Source of the DNA: an uncultured Acidimicrobiia bacterium
GTDB lineage: Bacteria; Actinomycetota; Acidimicrobiia; Spongiisociales; UBA4744
Assembly: GCA_964496205.1 (NCBI GenBank)
Contig: CAZBXV010000006.1
Location: 1 to 62,738, forward strand
Direction of reading: 5' to 3'
Length of the DNA stretch: 62,738 nucleotides
Notes under the pieces: generated by a model
The model's input: the letters and a program-made list of their open reading frames with translations, nothing else
Told to the model about the DNA's origin: nothing
Database searches by the model: none
Part shown: positions 48,682 through 58,599 of the stretch, in pieces
Position numbering within the stretch: position 1 is the stretch's first letter
How the letters are laid out: each line of letters starts with the position of its first letter
Program-made: the position numbers and the translations under genes

Positions 48682-49910
48682 TCGTCGAAGTACTTGCAGT
48701 CGGTACCGAGCTGTTGATAGGCCAGATCGTCAACGCAAACGCGGCGACCATAGGGCGCCGTCTCGCCGAAGAGGGCCACGACGCTCACTATCAGGTGGTC
48801 GTCGGTGACAACATCGAACGCATCGCGACCGCAATCCGTGCTGCACTTGGAAGGGCAGACGCCGTGATCATCACGGGCGGTCTCGGCCCCACGCAGGACG
48901 ATCTCACCAGGGAAGGGATCAGCGAAGCGACGGGGCGCCAGCTCGAGTTCGTCCAAGGCGCCGCCGACAGGTTGCGCGCACGGTTCGCATCGGCCGGTCG
49001 CACCATGCCGGAGGCGAACCTTCGTCAGGCAGAGCGACCGTTGGGTGCCGAATTCCTGCCGAATCCAAAGGGAACGGCGCCCGGTCTCGCTCTGGTCCAC
49101 GAAGGATGCCAGGTCTTCGCCGTCCCGGGGGTACCCGAGGAGATGGAAGCCCTTCTCGAACATGAAATCCTTCCTCGGCTGCGAGGCGGCGGTCAAGGCA
49201 TCGTGAAGAGCAGGCTCATCCGCACCTGGGGTTCCAGCGAATCCAGAGTCGCCGAGATGCTCGACGACCTCTACGGTCCAGCGAACCCTTCCATCGCCTT
49301 CCTCGCGTCCAGCGGCGAGATCAAGGTGAGGATCACGGCGAAAGCATCGAGCGAGGCCGAGGCAGACGCGCTGATTGGGCCGATCGAACAGGTCGTGTGC
49401 GAGCGTCTGGGTTCGAGGGTGTTCGGGGTCGATCAGGATACGATCGAGGTGATCGTGCTGGGTCTGCTGGAGGAGCGGCGCTGGTATCTGGCCACTGCCG
49501 AGTCGGCGACCGGCGGCCTGATCGCATCTCGTATCACGTCGGTGCCCGGCGCGTCGAACGCCTTTCGCGGAGCCGTGGTCACCTACGCCACCGATCTCAA
49601 GACGGGGATGCTCGGGGTACCGGAATCCTTGATTGAACGCGAAGGCGTCGTGAGCGAATCAACGGCCGTTGCCATGGCCGACGGCGCCGCGACCACCCTG
49701 GGTGCAGAAGTGGTGGTATCGGTGACGGGATCGGCAGGGCCCGATGCCCAGGAACGGCCGGTCGGCACGATGATCATTGGGGTGCACACGCCGGAAGGCA
49801 CGAAGGCACGCACGATGCGTTTTCCCGGCGACAGAGAACGCGTCCGGGTCTACACGGCCACGGCAGCGCTCCACCTGGTGCGGCTGGCAGTCACGGGGGA
49901 GTGGTGGTAG
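48678..49910 (+). CDS. cinA: Competence/damage-inducible protein CinA
   Basis: GTELL.G..VN.N, GGLGPTQDDLT, AESATGG. Confidence 0.93.
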   Translation: MIVEVLAVGTELLIGQIVNANAATIGRRLAEEGHDAHYQVVVGDNIERIATAIRAALGRADAVIITGGLGPTQDDLTREGISEATGRQLEFVQGAADRLRARFASAGRTMPEANLRQAERPLGAEFLPNPKGTAPGLALVHEGCQVFAVPGVPEEMEALLEHEILPRLRGGGQGIVKSRLIRTWGSSESRVAEMLDDLYGPANPSIAFLASSGEIKVRITAKASSEAEADALIGPIEQVVCERLGSRVFGVDQDTIEVIVLGLLEERRWYLATAESATGGLIASRITSVPGASNAFRGAVVTYATDLKTGMLGVPESLIEREGVVSESTAVAMADGAATTLGAEVVVSVTGSAGPDAQERPVGTMIIGVHTPEGTKARTMRFPGDRERVRVYTATAALHLVRLAVTGEWW

Positions 49911-50461
49911 GCCGCCTGTTCATCGCGGTCCCGTTGCCGGAGGAGACCAGGCACGCGCTTGCGTCCCTCCTGTCGGACACGCGCCTTCCCGGCAAGGTCG
50001 TCAGACCACAGAACTGGCACCTGACGTTGAGATTCCTCGGTGACACGGACGAAGTATCCTATGAGCGGCTCCTTGCAGCGTTCGAAGAGGCCGACTTCGG
50101 ATCTCCATTTCGCGTGCGCCTCGGGGCACTTGGAGCGTTTCCCTCACCGGCGAGAGCGACAGTCCTCTGGGTCGGCTTCGCCGAGGGAGCGGAGGGTCTT
50201 GAGCGGCTGGCCGTAGCAACGGAGGAGGCCACCGGGATCGCGGGTCTGGGACACGAGGATCGACCGTTTCGCCCTCACCTGACGCTGTCACGCATCAGGC
50301 CCCATCAGGACGTGCGGGCCGTGATTGACAGGGCGCCGCTTCGGGAGATCGCGTGGACGGTTCGTGAAGTCGACATCATCCGAAGTCACCTCGGACGAGG
50401 CGGTCCCACCTATGAACGGATGGAGCGCACCATCCTTGGTGTCGAACACACGTTCGACTAG
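49901..50461 (+). CDS. thpR: RNA 2',3'-cyclic phosphodiesterase (2H phosphoesterase)
   Basis: RLFIA, two HLTL motifs. Confidence 0.9.
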   Translation: MVVGRLFIAVPLPEETRHALASLLSDTRLPGKVVRPQNWHLTLRFLGDTDEVSYERLLAAFEEADFGSPFRVRLGALGAFPSPARATVLWVGFAEGAEGLERLAVATEEATGIAGLGHEDRPFRPHLTLSRIRPHQDVRAVIDRAPLREIAWTVREVDIIRSHLGRGGPTYERMERTILGVEHTFD

Positions 50462-50464
50462 GAT
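50442..50464 (+). promoter_or_regulatory. LexA box TCGAACACACGTTCGA with adjacent -10 TAGGAT (distal recA promoter)
   Basis: Palindrome 50442-50457 inside the thpR 3' end; TAGGAT 50459-50464. Confidence 0.85.
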
Positions 50465-50470
50465 GTTTTC

Positions 50471-50492
50471 TGTCACACCGGCTCCGTACGGT
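50471..50492 (+). promoter_or_regulatory. PafBC/RecA-NDp-type promoter TGTCAC-N10-TACGGT (proximal recA promoter)
   Basis: Same architecture as the mycobacterial TGTCGG-N10-TANNNT motif; near-identical copy at 58196. Confidence 0.7.
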
Positions 50493-50519
50493 GTGGACAG
50501 AACCAGAAGGGAGCAGCAG

Positions 50520-51539
50520 GTGGAACGAGACAAGGCCATCGAGATGGCGATGTCGCAGATCGAACGGCAGTTCGGTAAAGGCGCCATCATGAAGATGGGC
50601 GACGGTGTCCAAGAGAAGATGGCGTCCATTTCGACCGGAGCGCTCTCGTTGGATCTCGCGCTGGGCATCGGTGGCGTTCCACGTGGCCGCGTCGTCGAGA
50701 TCTATGGACCAGAAAGCAGCGGCAAGACGACACTCGCGCTGCACATCATCGCCGAGGCGCAGCGAAACGGCGGCGTGGCGGCGTTCGTGGATGCGGAGCA
50801 TGCGCTCGATCCCGTGTACGCGAGGGCACTGGGTGTCGATGTCGACGAACTGCTCATCTCCCAGCCGGACACCGGAGAACAGGCGCTCGAGATCACCGAC
50901 ATGCTGATCAGGTCTGGTGCACTGGATGTGGTTGTCGTCGACTCGGTCGCGGCACTGGTGCCTCGAGCAGAGATCGAAGGCGAGATGGGGGATACGCACG
51001 TCGGACTTCAGGCCAGACTGATGTCGCAGGCCCTACGCAAATTGACCGGCAACCTTCATCGATCTCGGACTACTGCGGTCTTCATCAACCAGTTGCGTGA
51101 GAAGATCGGCGTGATGTACGGCTCTCCGGAGACGACTCCGGGTGGGCGGGCGCTCAAGTTCTATGCGTCGGTCCGGATCGATATCCGCAGGATCGAGACG
51201 ATCAAGGACGGACAGGAGTCGATTGGCAACAGGGTGCGCGCCAAGGTAGCCAAGAACAAGGTCGCCCCACCGTTCAGACTGGCCGAGTTCGACATCATGT
51301 TTGGGTCAGGTATCTCGCGGATGGGCAGCCTTCTGGACGTCGCGGTCAATGAAGGAATCGTTCGCAAGAGTGGCGCTTGGTACAGCTACGACAACGATCA
51401 GCTCGGGCAAGGACGGGAGAACGCCAAGCGGTTCCTCGAAGAAAACCCCGAGGTCGCGGTCCAACTGCAGGCGAAGGTGTTTGAGGCGGTCGGTCTCATC
51501 GAACCGAGCCCTGAGGAAGAAGAGGCCCGGGAAGATTGA
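50520..51539 (+). CDS. recA: Recombinase RecA
   Basis: [34 protein letters not shown]; GTG start. Confidence 0.98.
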   Translation: MERDKAIEMAMSQIERQFGKGAIMKMGDGVQEKMASISTGALSLDLALGIGGVPRGRVVEIYGPESSGKTTLALHIIAEAQRNGGVAAFVDAEHALDPVYARALGVDVDELLISQPDTGEQALEITDMLIRSGALDVVVVDSVAALVPRAEIEGEMGDTHVGLQARLMSQALRKLTGNLHRSRTTAVFINQLREKIGVMYGSPETTPGGRALKFYASVRIDIRRIETIKDGQESIGNRVRAKVAKNKVAPPFRLAEFDIMFGSGISRMGSLLDVAVNEGIVRKSGAWYSYDNDQLGQGRENAKRFLEENPEVAVQLQAKVFEAVGLIEPSPEEEEARED

Positions 51540-51577
51540 TGGGTGCGCGCCGGGGGTTCATACGGTACGATGAACGC

Positions 51578-51740
51578 ACGCACACACATATACGAATTGA
51601 AACATACGAGAACAACCAGCGAGCATTCAACCAAGGGAGTACACCGGTCGCGACACCGTAGACGTTGATCTGTCGCAGCTATCGGGAGTGTGTGTGCCGA
51701 GCCGTCAGGCTCGGCACCTGCGTCGTTGAATGCCCTGGGA
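51578..51740 (+). ncRNA. Candidate structured RNA (6S-like or rny 5' leader)
   Basis: -10 TACGAT 51566-51571; GCATTCAAC(51623-31)/GTTGAATGC(51725-33) closing stem; inner stems; 10-bp hairpin 51694-51717; AGGGAG and CACCTG elements. Confidence 0.5.
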
Positions 51741-51753
51741 AAGCGAATCAAAC

Positions 51754-53283
51754 ATGGAATACATCGTCGGGGCTGTGGGCCTGGCGGTTGGGGGACTCCT
51801 CGGTTTCCTCGGCGCGAAGTATCGGGCCGGCATCGCACGCGCCAATGCGGAGTCGACCGCCGAAGGACTTCTCTCAAAGGCCCGAATCGAGGCGCAGGAG
51901 CTGCTCAGCAGGGGGGAGGAGGAAGCTCGTGCGAAAGCCGAGGCATACAGGGATCGTGAGGAGGCCGCTCTCGGGCACCGCAAGATCGAACTGAACGCGT
52001 CGGAGGAACGCCTGACCCAGCGAGAGCAGACCTTGGAGCAGCGTGCATCCAACCTTGCACAACGTGAGCATCTGCTGATCACGCGCGAGAACGAGGCCCA
52101 AAGGCTGCGTGTGGAGACCGAGAAGATTCACGAGCAAGCTCGATCGGAACTTGAACGTTTGGCGGGGTTCGATGCCGACGCTGCCAAGTCGAACCTTCTC
52201 CATCAAGTTGAAGACGAAGCTCGCCGGGAGGCGATGGTGCTCGTGCGCGACATGGAGATCAAGGCGAGAGAGGAGGCGGATCGTCGCGGACGCAGGATCC
52301 TCGCAACGGCGATTCAGCGCCTGGCCGCCGAAGTGGTGACAGAGTCGACCGTCTCGGTGGTGGAACTGCCGACGGACGACATGAAAGGTCGAATCATCGG
52401 CCGTGAAGGCCGCAACATCAGAGCATTCGAAGCGATCACCGGTGTGAACCTCATCGTCGATGACACGCCAGAGGCGGTCTCCGTGTCGTCGTTCGACCCT
52501 GTTCGAAGGGAGGTGGCGAGGCTCACCCTGGAGTGGTTGGTGCAGGATGGTCGTATTCATCCCGCCTCCATCGAAGAGATGTATGAGAAGTCTCGATCGG
52601 AGGTTGAGGAATCTGTCCGGGATGCAGGCGAATGGGCTTTGGTCGAGGCAGGCATCTCGAGGATGCATCCCGAACTGGTGACGTTGCTCGGCCGGCTCAA
52701 GTACCGGACCTCGTACGGGCAGAACGTGCTCAAGCATCTGGTCGAGTGCGCTCACATCGCCTCGATGCTCGCCGCGGAACTCGGAATCGACCCGGGTCCG
52801 GTCAAGCGCGCAGCCCTGCTTCATGACCTCGGAAAGGCGGTGACCCACGAGGTCGATGGGTCACACGCCCTCATCGGGGCCGAGATCGCGAGGCGGTTCG
52901 GGGAGGATCCGGCGGTGGTGCACGGCATCGAAGCGCACCACAACGAGGTGGAACCTCGCACGGTGCTGGCGGTGATCGTGCAAGCGGCAGATGCGGTATC
53001 GGCTGCCCGCCCCGGTGCGCGGAGGGAGGCCCTGGAGTCGTACGTTCGTCGTCTCGAGAAGCTCGAGGAACTGGCCTACGACTTCTCGGGGGTCGAGAAG
53101 GTCTTCGCCATGCAGGCCGGCAGGGAGGTGCGGGTAGTGGTCGATCCGGGCAAGGTGGACGATCTCGCGGCCTCCGATCTGGCTCGCCGCATCGCGAAAC
53201 GGCTCGAAGAGGACCTTCAATATCCGGGACAGATTCAAGTGACGGTCATCAGGGAGCTACGCGTCACCGACTACGCCCGATGA
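51754..53283 (+). CDS. rny: Ribonuclease Y
   Basis: N-terminal TM, coiled coil, KH KGRIIGREGRNIR, HD LLHDLGK. Confidence 0.96.
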   Translation: MEYIVGAVGLAVGGLLGFLGAKYRAGIARANAESTAEGLLSKARIEAQELLSRGEEEARAKAEAYRDREEAALGHRKIELNASEERLTQREQTLEQRASNLAQREHLLITRENEAQRLRVETEKIHEQARSELERLAGFDADAAKSNLLHQVEDEARREAMVLVRDMEIKAREEADRRGRRILATAIQRLAAEVVTESTVSVVELPTDDMKGRIIGREGRNIRAFEAITGVNLIVDDTPEAVSVSSFDPVRREVARLTLEWLVQDGRIHPASIEEMYEKSRSEVEESVRDAGEWALVEAGISRMHPELVTLLGRLKYRTSYGQNVLKHLVECAHIASMLAAELGIDPGPVKRAALLHDLGKAVTHEVDGSHALIGAEIARRFGEDPAVVHGIEAHHNEVEPRTVLAVIVQAADAVSAARPGARREALESYVRRLEKLEELAYDFSGVEKVFAMQAGREVRVVVDPGKVDDLAASDLARRIAKRLEEDLQYPGQIQVTVIRELRVTDYAR

Positions 53284-54620
53284 ACGGCGCACCCCGCGCG
53301 GGAGGGCGCTACATCATCAGGACGTTCGGCTGTCAAATGAACGAACACGACAGCGAACGGATTGCCGGGATGTTCGAGATGGACGGGATGGAGCCGGCGA
53401 GCGACCTCGAGGACGCAGATGTCGTATTCATCAACACGTGCACGATCCGTGAGAACGCTGACAACCGTCTGTACGGCAATCTGGGACAGCTCAAGACGTT
53501 CAAAGATCGACACCCGGACGCGACCCTGATCGTGGGTGGATGCGCAGCGCAGAAGGACAGGGACCTGGTGCGAGAACGCGCACCGTGGGTAGACGTGGTG
53601 ATGGGGACGCACAACCTGGAACGGGTCCTCGATCTGATGGATGTCGCGAAGGCCAAAGGTGGGGTTACAGAAGTCGTCGACGAGATGGAGACACTGCCAT
53701 CACTTCTTCCGGCAAGCCGACGGCAGCCTCATTCGGCATGGGTGACGATCCAGGTGGGCTGCAACAACACGTGCACCTTTTGCATCGTTCCGTCGGTGAG
53801 AGGGCCCGAAATCAGCAGACGACCCGGCGACATCGCATCCGAGATCGAGGCGCTGGCGGCCGAGGGCGTCGTGGAGGTGACGTTGCTCGGCCAGAACGTC
53901 AATACCTATGGGCGGGATCTCGCGCTGGATGGACGGCACCGTCCGATCTTCGGCGATCTCCTCAGGCGTGTCGGCGAGATCGATGGGATCAGACGAATCC
54001 GTTTCACGAGCCCACATCCCGCAGATTTCCGAGAGGACGTCGCCTCGGCCATGGCCGAGACCGAAGCGGTGTGTGACCAGCTTCACCTTCCCCTCCAAAG
54101 CGGTTCGGATCGGATACTCGCGGCGATGCACCGGGGGTACAACGTGCAACGATTCATGGCCCGGCTCGCAATGGCCCGTTCCTATGTGCCGGATCTCTCG
54201 GTTTCGACCGATGTCATTGTTGGATTCCCTGGGGAGACCGACGCCGACTTCCGAGAAACGATGGATGTCATGGAGGCCGCTCGATTCGACCATGCGTTCA
54301 CCTTCATTTTCTCGGCGCGCCCGGGAACGGCCGCTGCCGAGATGGAGGATGAGTTCGTCGACCCCGAAGTCGTACAGGGCCGCTACGAGCGTCTGATCGA
54401 GCTTCAGAACAGGATCGTGTTCGAGAGGAACCTCGAACAGGTGGGCAAAACGGTTGAGGTCTTGACAGAGGGGCCTTCGAAGAAGGACCCGACGATGGCG
54501 GCGACGAGGACGTCCGGGAACAGAGTCGTGCACGTGCCCGGCGTGTTCCCTGCGGGCACCTTCCTGGATGTCGAGATCATGAGTGCGCATCCGCACCATC
54601 TGATGGGGGTGGTGCGCTGA
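53280..54620 (+). CDS. miaB: tRNA-2-methylthio-N6-dimethylallyladenosine synthase
   Basis: TFGCQMNEHDSE, CNNTCTFC, RFTSPHP, TRAM domain. Confidence 0.95.
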   Translation: MNGAPRAGGRYIIRTFGCQMNEHDSERIAGMFEMDGMEPASDLEDADVVFINTCTIRENADNRLYGNLGQLKTFKDRHPDATLIVGGCAAQKDRDLVRERAPWVDVVMGTHNLERVLDLMDVAKAKGGVTEVVDEMETLPSLLPASRRQPHSAWVTIQVGCNNTCTFCIVPSVRGPEISRRPGDIASEIEALAAEGVVEVTLLGQNVNTYGRDLALDGRHRPIFGDLLRRVGEIDGIRRIRFTSPHPADFREDVASAMAETEAVCDQLHLPLQSGSDRILAAMHRGYNVQRFMARLAMARSYVPDLSVSTDVIVGFPGETDADFRETMDVMEAARFDHAFTFIFSARPGTAAAEMEDEFVDPEVVQGRYERLIELQNRIVFERNLEQVGKTVEVLTEGPSKKDPTMAATRTSGNRVVHVPGVFPAGTFLDVEIMSAHPHHLMGVVR

Positions 54621-55507
54621 TACTCGCGATTCTCGGACCAACGGCATCGGCCAAGAGCGAGATTGCGCTGCGTTTGGCAGAGGATCGGGACGCCGAAATC
54701 CTATCCGTGGATTCGATGCAGGTGTATCGAGGCATGGACATCGGAACGGCGAAGCCCGATGTGCGCGAGCGCAGCAGAGTGCGACATCATATGATCGACG
54801 TCGTCGACCCGGAAGACGAGTTCACAGCGGCCGAGTTTCAAGCGCAGGCTCGACAGGTCTTGGACAGGGACATCGTCATCGCGGGAGGATCAGGACTGCA
54901 CTTCAGGGCGGTCGTGGACCCACTCAGCTTCGCTCCATCCGATCCAAGGGTGCGGGCCGAGATCGACGGTCTCCCGGCCGGTCTGCGTGTAGAGGAGCTC
55001 CGAGGGATCGATCCGAAGGTCGATCGGGTGGTCGATCTCGCGAACCCGAGGCGCGTTGCGAGGGCGTTGGAGATCTACCGCATCACAGGAGAGACACCGA
55101 CCAGTCGATTCAGGACTCCCGAGGCCGAAGCCGTGCGTGCGTATCAGAGTCGCTTTCCGTTCACCGCCGTGGGACTCGACCCGGGTCCGGCGCTGTCGGC
55201 ACGGGTGCGCCGTCGGCTCGACGCAATGGCTCGCCATGGCCTTGTGGACGAGGTCGAGAGCCTGGCCCCACGTCTTGGCCGGACCGCATCGCAGGCCGTT
55301 GGCTACAAGCAGCTGCTTCCGGTTGTACGAGGTGAGACGTCGCTCGGTGAGGGACTCGAGGATGCGTGGAGAGCCACCTTGCGTCTCGCGAAGCATCAGC
55401 GAACGTATTTCCACCGCGATCCCAGAATCCGTTGGGTACCGTGGGATGACGATCCAGACGCGTTGTACCGGCACGTCTGCTCGGTGATCGAGGAGGCAGA
55501 CGGATGA
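54617..55507 (+). CDS. miaA: tRNA dimethylallyltransferase (probable CTG start)
   Basis: ILAILGPTASAKS, DSMQVYRGMDIGTAKP, GGSGL, AVGYKQ; the P-loop lies upstream of the first TTG. Confidence 0.9.
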   Translation: MILAILGPTASAKSEIALRLAEDRDAEILSVDSMQVYRGMDIGTAKPDVRERSRVRHHMIDVVDPEDEFTAAEFQAQARQVLDRDIVIAGGSGLHFRAVVDPLSFAPSDPRVRAEIDGLPAGLRVEELRGIDPKVDRVVDLANPRRVARALEIYRITGETPTSRFRTPEAEAVRAYQSRFPFTAVGLDPGPALSARVRRRLDAMARHGLVDEVESLAPRLGRTASQAVGYKQLLPVVRGETSLGEGLEDAWRATLRLAKHQRTYFHRDPRIRWVPWDDDPDALYRHVCSVIEEADG

Positions 55508-56253
55508 AGTTCACGAAGATGGAGGGGCTGGGGAACGACTTCGTCGTGTTTCAGGGGCCGATGGCCCTGTCTCACGACGTGATCCGCCGCATCTGCGATC
55601 GGCGCCGGGGAATCGGTGGCGATGGGGTCCTCGTCGTTTCTCCCATCGATTCGGGGCACGTTCGGATGGAGTACTGGAACGCAGACGGATCGCCGGCGGA
55701 GATGTGTGGCAACGGACTGCGCTGCGTCGCGTTGTATGCGTCTCGCCGTGGTCTGGTCGAGGGTTCTGGGTTCGTCGTGGAAACGGTCGTCGGCCCGCGT
55801 CGAGTGGAAATCGGTGACGGTGCGATCACCGTGGAGCTGGGACCGGTTCAGACGGCCGGAACGCGCAGTGAAGTGGGCGGAACGGTCGTTCATGAAGTGA
55901 ACGTCGGCAACCCTCATGTTGTGGTTCAAGTTGAGGATCCGTCTCTCGCAGCGGTGGAGGATGTGGGACCAACGCTGGAAAGGGCGTTTCCGGGAGGGGT
56001 GAACGTGGAGTTTTTGACCGTTCGCACCCCATCGCTGTTGGAGGTGCGGGTCTGGGAGCGCGGGGTTGGCGAAACGCTCGCATGTGGTACCGGCGCGGCG
56101 GCCGCCGTGGGCGCCGCATTCGCGGAGGGACGAGCGGAAGCGGACGCCACGGTGCGGCTGCCGGGCGGCGATCTCGGGGTCCGTCTGGAGGCCGGCACGG
56201 CCTGGATCAGTGGTCCCGCAACCGTTGTGTTCGAGGGGGAGTGGGATGGGTGA
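55504..56253 (+). CDS. dapF: Diaminopimelate epimerase
   Basis: KMEGLGNDF, EMCGNG, GNPH, ERGVGETLACGTG. Confidence 0.95.
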   Translation: MKFTKMEGLGNDFVVFQGPMALSHDVIRRICDRRRGIGGDGVLVVSPIDSGHVRMEYWNADGSPAEMCGNGLRCVALYASRRGLVEGSGFVVETVVGPRRVEIGDGAITVELGPVQTAGTRSEVGGTVVHEVNVGNPHVVVQVEDPSLAAVEDVGPTLERAFPGGVNVEFLTVRTPSLLEVRVWERGVGETLACGTGAAAAVGAAFAEGRAEADATVRLPGGDLGVRLEAGTAWISGPATVVFEGEWDG

Positions 56254-57502
56254 ACGTGCGATTCTCGTTGCTGCCGTCACCGAGGAGGAGGCTTCGCTCG
56301 ATGAGTTGGAGCGCCTCGCCGACACGGCCGGAGCGACGGTTGTCGGCACGACCGTCCAGCGCCTGAAGCGTTTGAATCCGGCGACGCTTGTCGGAACGGG
56401 CAAGCTGGCCGAACTCGAGGCGATGGCCGAGGATCTCGACGCGGATGTGGTCGTCTTCGATCAGGAAATCACTCCTGCCCAAGAACGGAATCTGACCGAT
56501 GCGCTCGGGGTTCGCGTGCTCGACAGGACTGCCCTCATACTCGACATTTTTGCCCTTCATGCGCAAAGCAGGGAGGGTCGTCTCCAGGTCGAACTCGCAC
56601 AGCTTCAGTATTTGCTGCCGCGTCTGCGTGGCAGGGGGGTGGAGATGTCCCGATTGGGTGGAGGCATCGGAACGAGGGGACCCGGCGAGACCCAGTTGGA
56701 GACTGATAGGAGACGGATCCTGGGAAAGATGGCGACGCTCCGGCGCGATCTGACCGACGTAGAGAGGACCCGTCAAGTCAAACGCGGCGGACGAACGACG
56801 CTTCCCGTTGTGGCCTTGGTCGGGTATACGAACGCGGGCAAGTCGAGTCTCCTGAATGCACTGACAGGTGCCTCGGTGCTTGTCGGAGACCGGTTGTTCG
56901 CCACACTCGATCCGGCAACACGCCGATGTGTGCTGCCGGGCGGACGCGAGATGCTCGTCACCGACACCGTCGGGTTCGTGAGGAAACTTCCGCACCAGCT
57001 CGTCGAAGCGTTCCAATCGACACTCGAGCTGGTCACCGAAGCGAACCTGGTAGTGCACCTGGTCGACATGAACGACGAGGAAAGCGAACGCCACATCGAG
57101 GCGGTGAGAACGGTCCTGGATGAGATCGGAGCGTCAGAGCTGCCTGAACTACTCGTCGGGACGAAGGAAGACCTCGGGGTGGGCACGTTTCGGATGCTGC
57201 ATCCCGACGCACCGGTGGTGTCCTCTGCTACAGGAAGTGGGATGTCGGAGCTCGCAGAACGAATGTGGGAGATGGTGACCGGCGGGTTCGAGACACTCGA
57301 GGTGCTCGTTCCGTTCGGGAGCGATGTCGAGCGACTGCATCGGGTGGCCGACGTTCTGGAGGAGGAGTACCGACAGGATGGGGTGCGAATGAAGGTGCGG
57401 GTTGGACGGGCCGAGGCAAGCCGGCTTTCGCGACATGTCCTTGGGTTCAGATCGCCCGAAGAACGGCAACAACCTTCCCGAGGACCTGGACGCCTTCCGT
57501 GA
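56246..57502 (+). CDS. hflX: GTPase HflX
   Basis: GGIGTRGPGETQLE, GYTNAGKS, LFATLD, DTVGF. Confidence 0.95.
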   Translation: MGERAILVAAVTEEEASLDELERLADTAGATVVGTTVQRLKRLNPATLVGTGKLAELEAMAEDLDADVVVFDQEITPAQERNLTDALGVRVLDRTALILDIFALHAQSREGRLQVELAQLQYLLPRLRGRGVEMSRLGGGIGTRGPGETQLETDRRRILGKMATLRRDLTDVERTRQVKRGGRTTLPVVALVGYTNAGKSSLLNALTGASVLVGDRLFATLDPATRRCVLPGGREMLVTDTVGFVRKLPHQLVEAFQSTLELVTEANLVVHLVDMNDEESERHIEAVRTVLDEIGASELPELLVGTKEDLGVGTFRMLHPDAPVVSSATGSGMSELAERMWEMVTGGFETLEVLVPFGSDVERLHRVADVLEEEYRQDGVRMKVRVGRAEASRLSRHVLGFRSPEERQQPSRGPGRLP

Positions 57503-58064
57503 ACACCATCTCCTCGTAGTTGGGATTCTCCGGAGTGAGCACGACCGCTCTTCCTCGACGCGAGAATCGTTTGACCGTCGCCTCCTCGTCATCGATGAGT
57601 GCCGCGACGATCTGTCCGTTCTCGGCGACGTTTTGGCTACGTACCACGACATAGTCGCCGTCGAGAATGCCGGCCTCAACCATGGAGTCACCCCGGACTC
57701 TCAGCAGGAATACGGGACCTTGGCCCGTGAACTCGGTGGGCAGCGTGAGCACCTCTTCGATCTGTTCGTCGGCGAGAATCGGCATGCCCGCAGCGATGCT
57801 GCCGACGAGCGGGACGTCGCGAGTCGCGGAACGGTGCACGCGATGGTGGTGAGCATCGACGACCTCGATGGCCCGTGGTTTGGCGGGATCACGCTTGATG
57901 TGGCCGGCGCGCACCAGAGACGAGAGATGGCTGTGCACCGTAGAAGGGGAGCGAAGGCCAAGTGCGTCGCCTATCTCTCGTACCGAAGGCGGGTATCCAC
58001 GATCTGCGACCGTCGACGTGATGAAGTCGAGAATCTCCCTCTGACGACCAGTCAGATCCTCCAT
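57447..58064 (-). CDS. lexA: SOS repressor LexA
   Basis: LTGRQREIL, GYPPSVREI, IAAG cleavage site, GDSM, TVKR; GGAGG SD. Confidence 0.96.
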   Translation of the reverse strand: MEDLTGRQREILDFITSTVADRGYPPSVREIGDALGLRSPSTVHSHLSSLVRAGHIKRDPAKPRAIEVVDAHHHRVHRSATRDVPLVGSIAAGMPILADEQIEEVLTLPTEFTGQGPVFLLRVRGDSMVEAGILDGDYVVVRSQNVAENGQIVAALIDDEEATVKRFSRRGRAVVLTPENPNYEEMVFTEGVQVLGKVVAVLRAI

Positions 58065-58075
58065 GTGCTCCTCCT

Positions 58076-58184
58076 CGAACGTACGTTCCCACCCTAGCGA
58101 CCCGGATCTCACGATCCAAACATATGTTCGACCTTGACAGCGAACACATGTTCGATCTATTCTCTGCACACGAACAGACGTTCG
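58076..58184. promoter_or_regulatory. Cluster of four LexA boxes in the lexA/LysM divergent intergenic region
   Basis: CGAACGTACGTTCC 58076-89, CAAACATATGTTCG 58117-30, CGAACACATGTTCG 58141-54, CGAACAGACGTTCG 58171-84. Confidence 0.88.
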
Positions 58185-58195
58185 GGTGGCAAATC

Positions 58196-58217
58196 TGTCA
58201 CACCCGGTCCGTAGGGT
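58196..58217 (+). promoter_or_regulatory. PafBC/RecA-NDp-type promoter TGTCAC-N10-TAGGGT for the LysM gene
   Basis: TGTCAC ACCCGGTCCG TAGGGT, almost identical to the recA copy. Confidence 0.7.
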
Positions 58218-58261
58218 GGCGACACGGTGAGAGGCACCGGCGAGTACAGGAGGGAGCGGAC

Positions 58262-58552
58262 ATGACGATGAATACCAAGACCCTGCAAAGGGCTGCGGTT
58301 CTCCTCACACTCATCGTGATCTTCTTCCTCCTGCTCGCGAATGCCGTCGGAGCCTCCGGGGCACATGACGAGCTGGGCGCTACTCAACAGCATCGGGTGG
58401 TCTCTGGAGAGACCCTGTGGAACATCGCGCAGACCGTCACGCCGGTCGGCGGAGATGTGCGGGTGACCGTCTACGAGATCAAGCGCCTGAACGAGCTCGG
58501 AGGGTCGATCATCTACCCAGGTGAGCTTCTGGTCGTCCCAAGCGTGGGATAA
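58262..58552 (+). CDS. LysM membrane protein, YneA/ChiZ-like SOS division inhibitor
   Basis: N-terminal TM; HRVVSGETLWNIA...LN....IYPGELL.VP LysM; divergent from lexA, upstream of nrdR. Confidence 0.85.
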   Translation: MTMNTKTLQRAAVLLTLIVIFFLLLANAVGASGAHDELGATQQHRVVSGETLWNIAQTVTPVGGDVRVTVYEIKRLNELGGSIIYPGELLVVPSVG

Positions 58553-58599
58553 CGGCGCGGATGGTGGCACCCCGAGAGGCCGGGTACCCTTCGGGGGTC

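Noticed and set aside
50325-50519. Long RecA N-terminal extension or an intein
   Set aside because: The extension overlaps thpR and the promoters; RecA from GTG 50520 is normal length with no insertion
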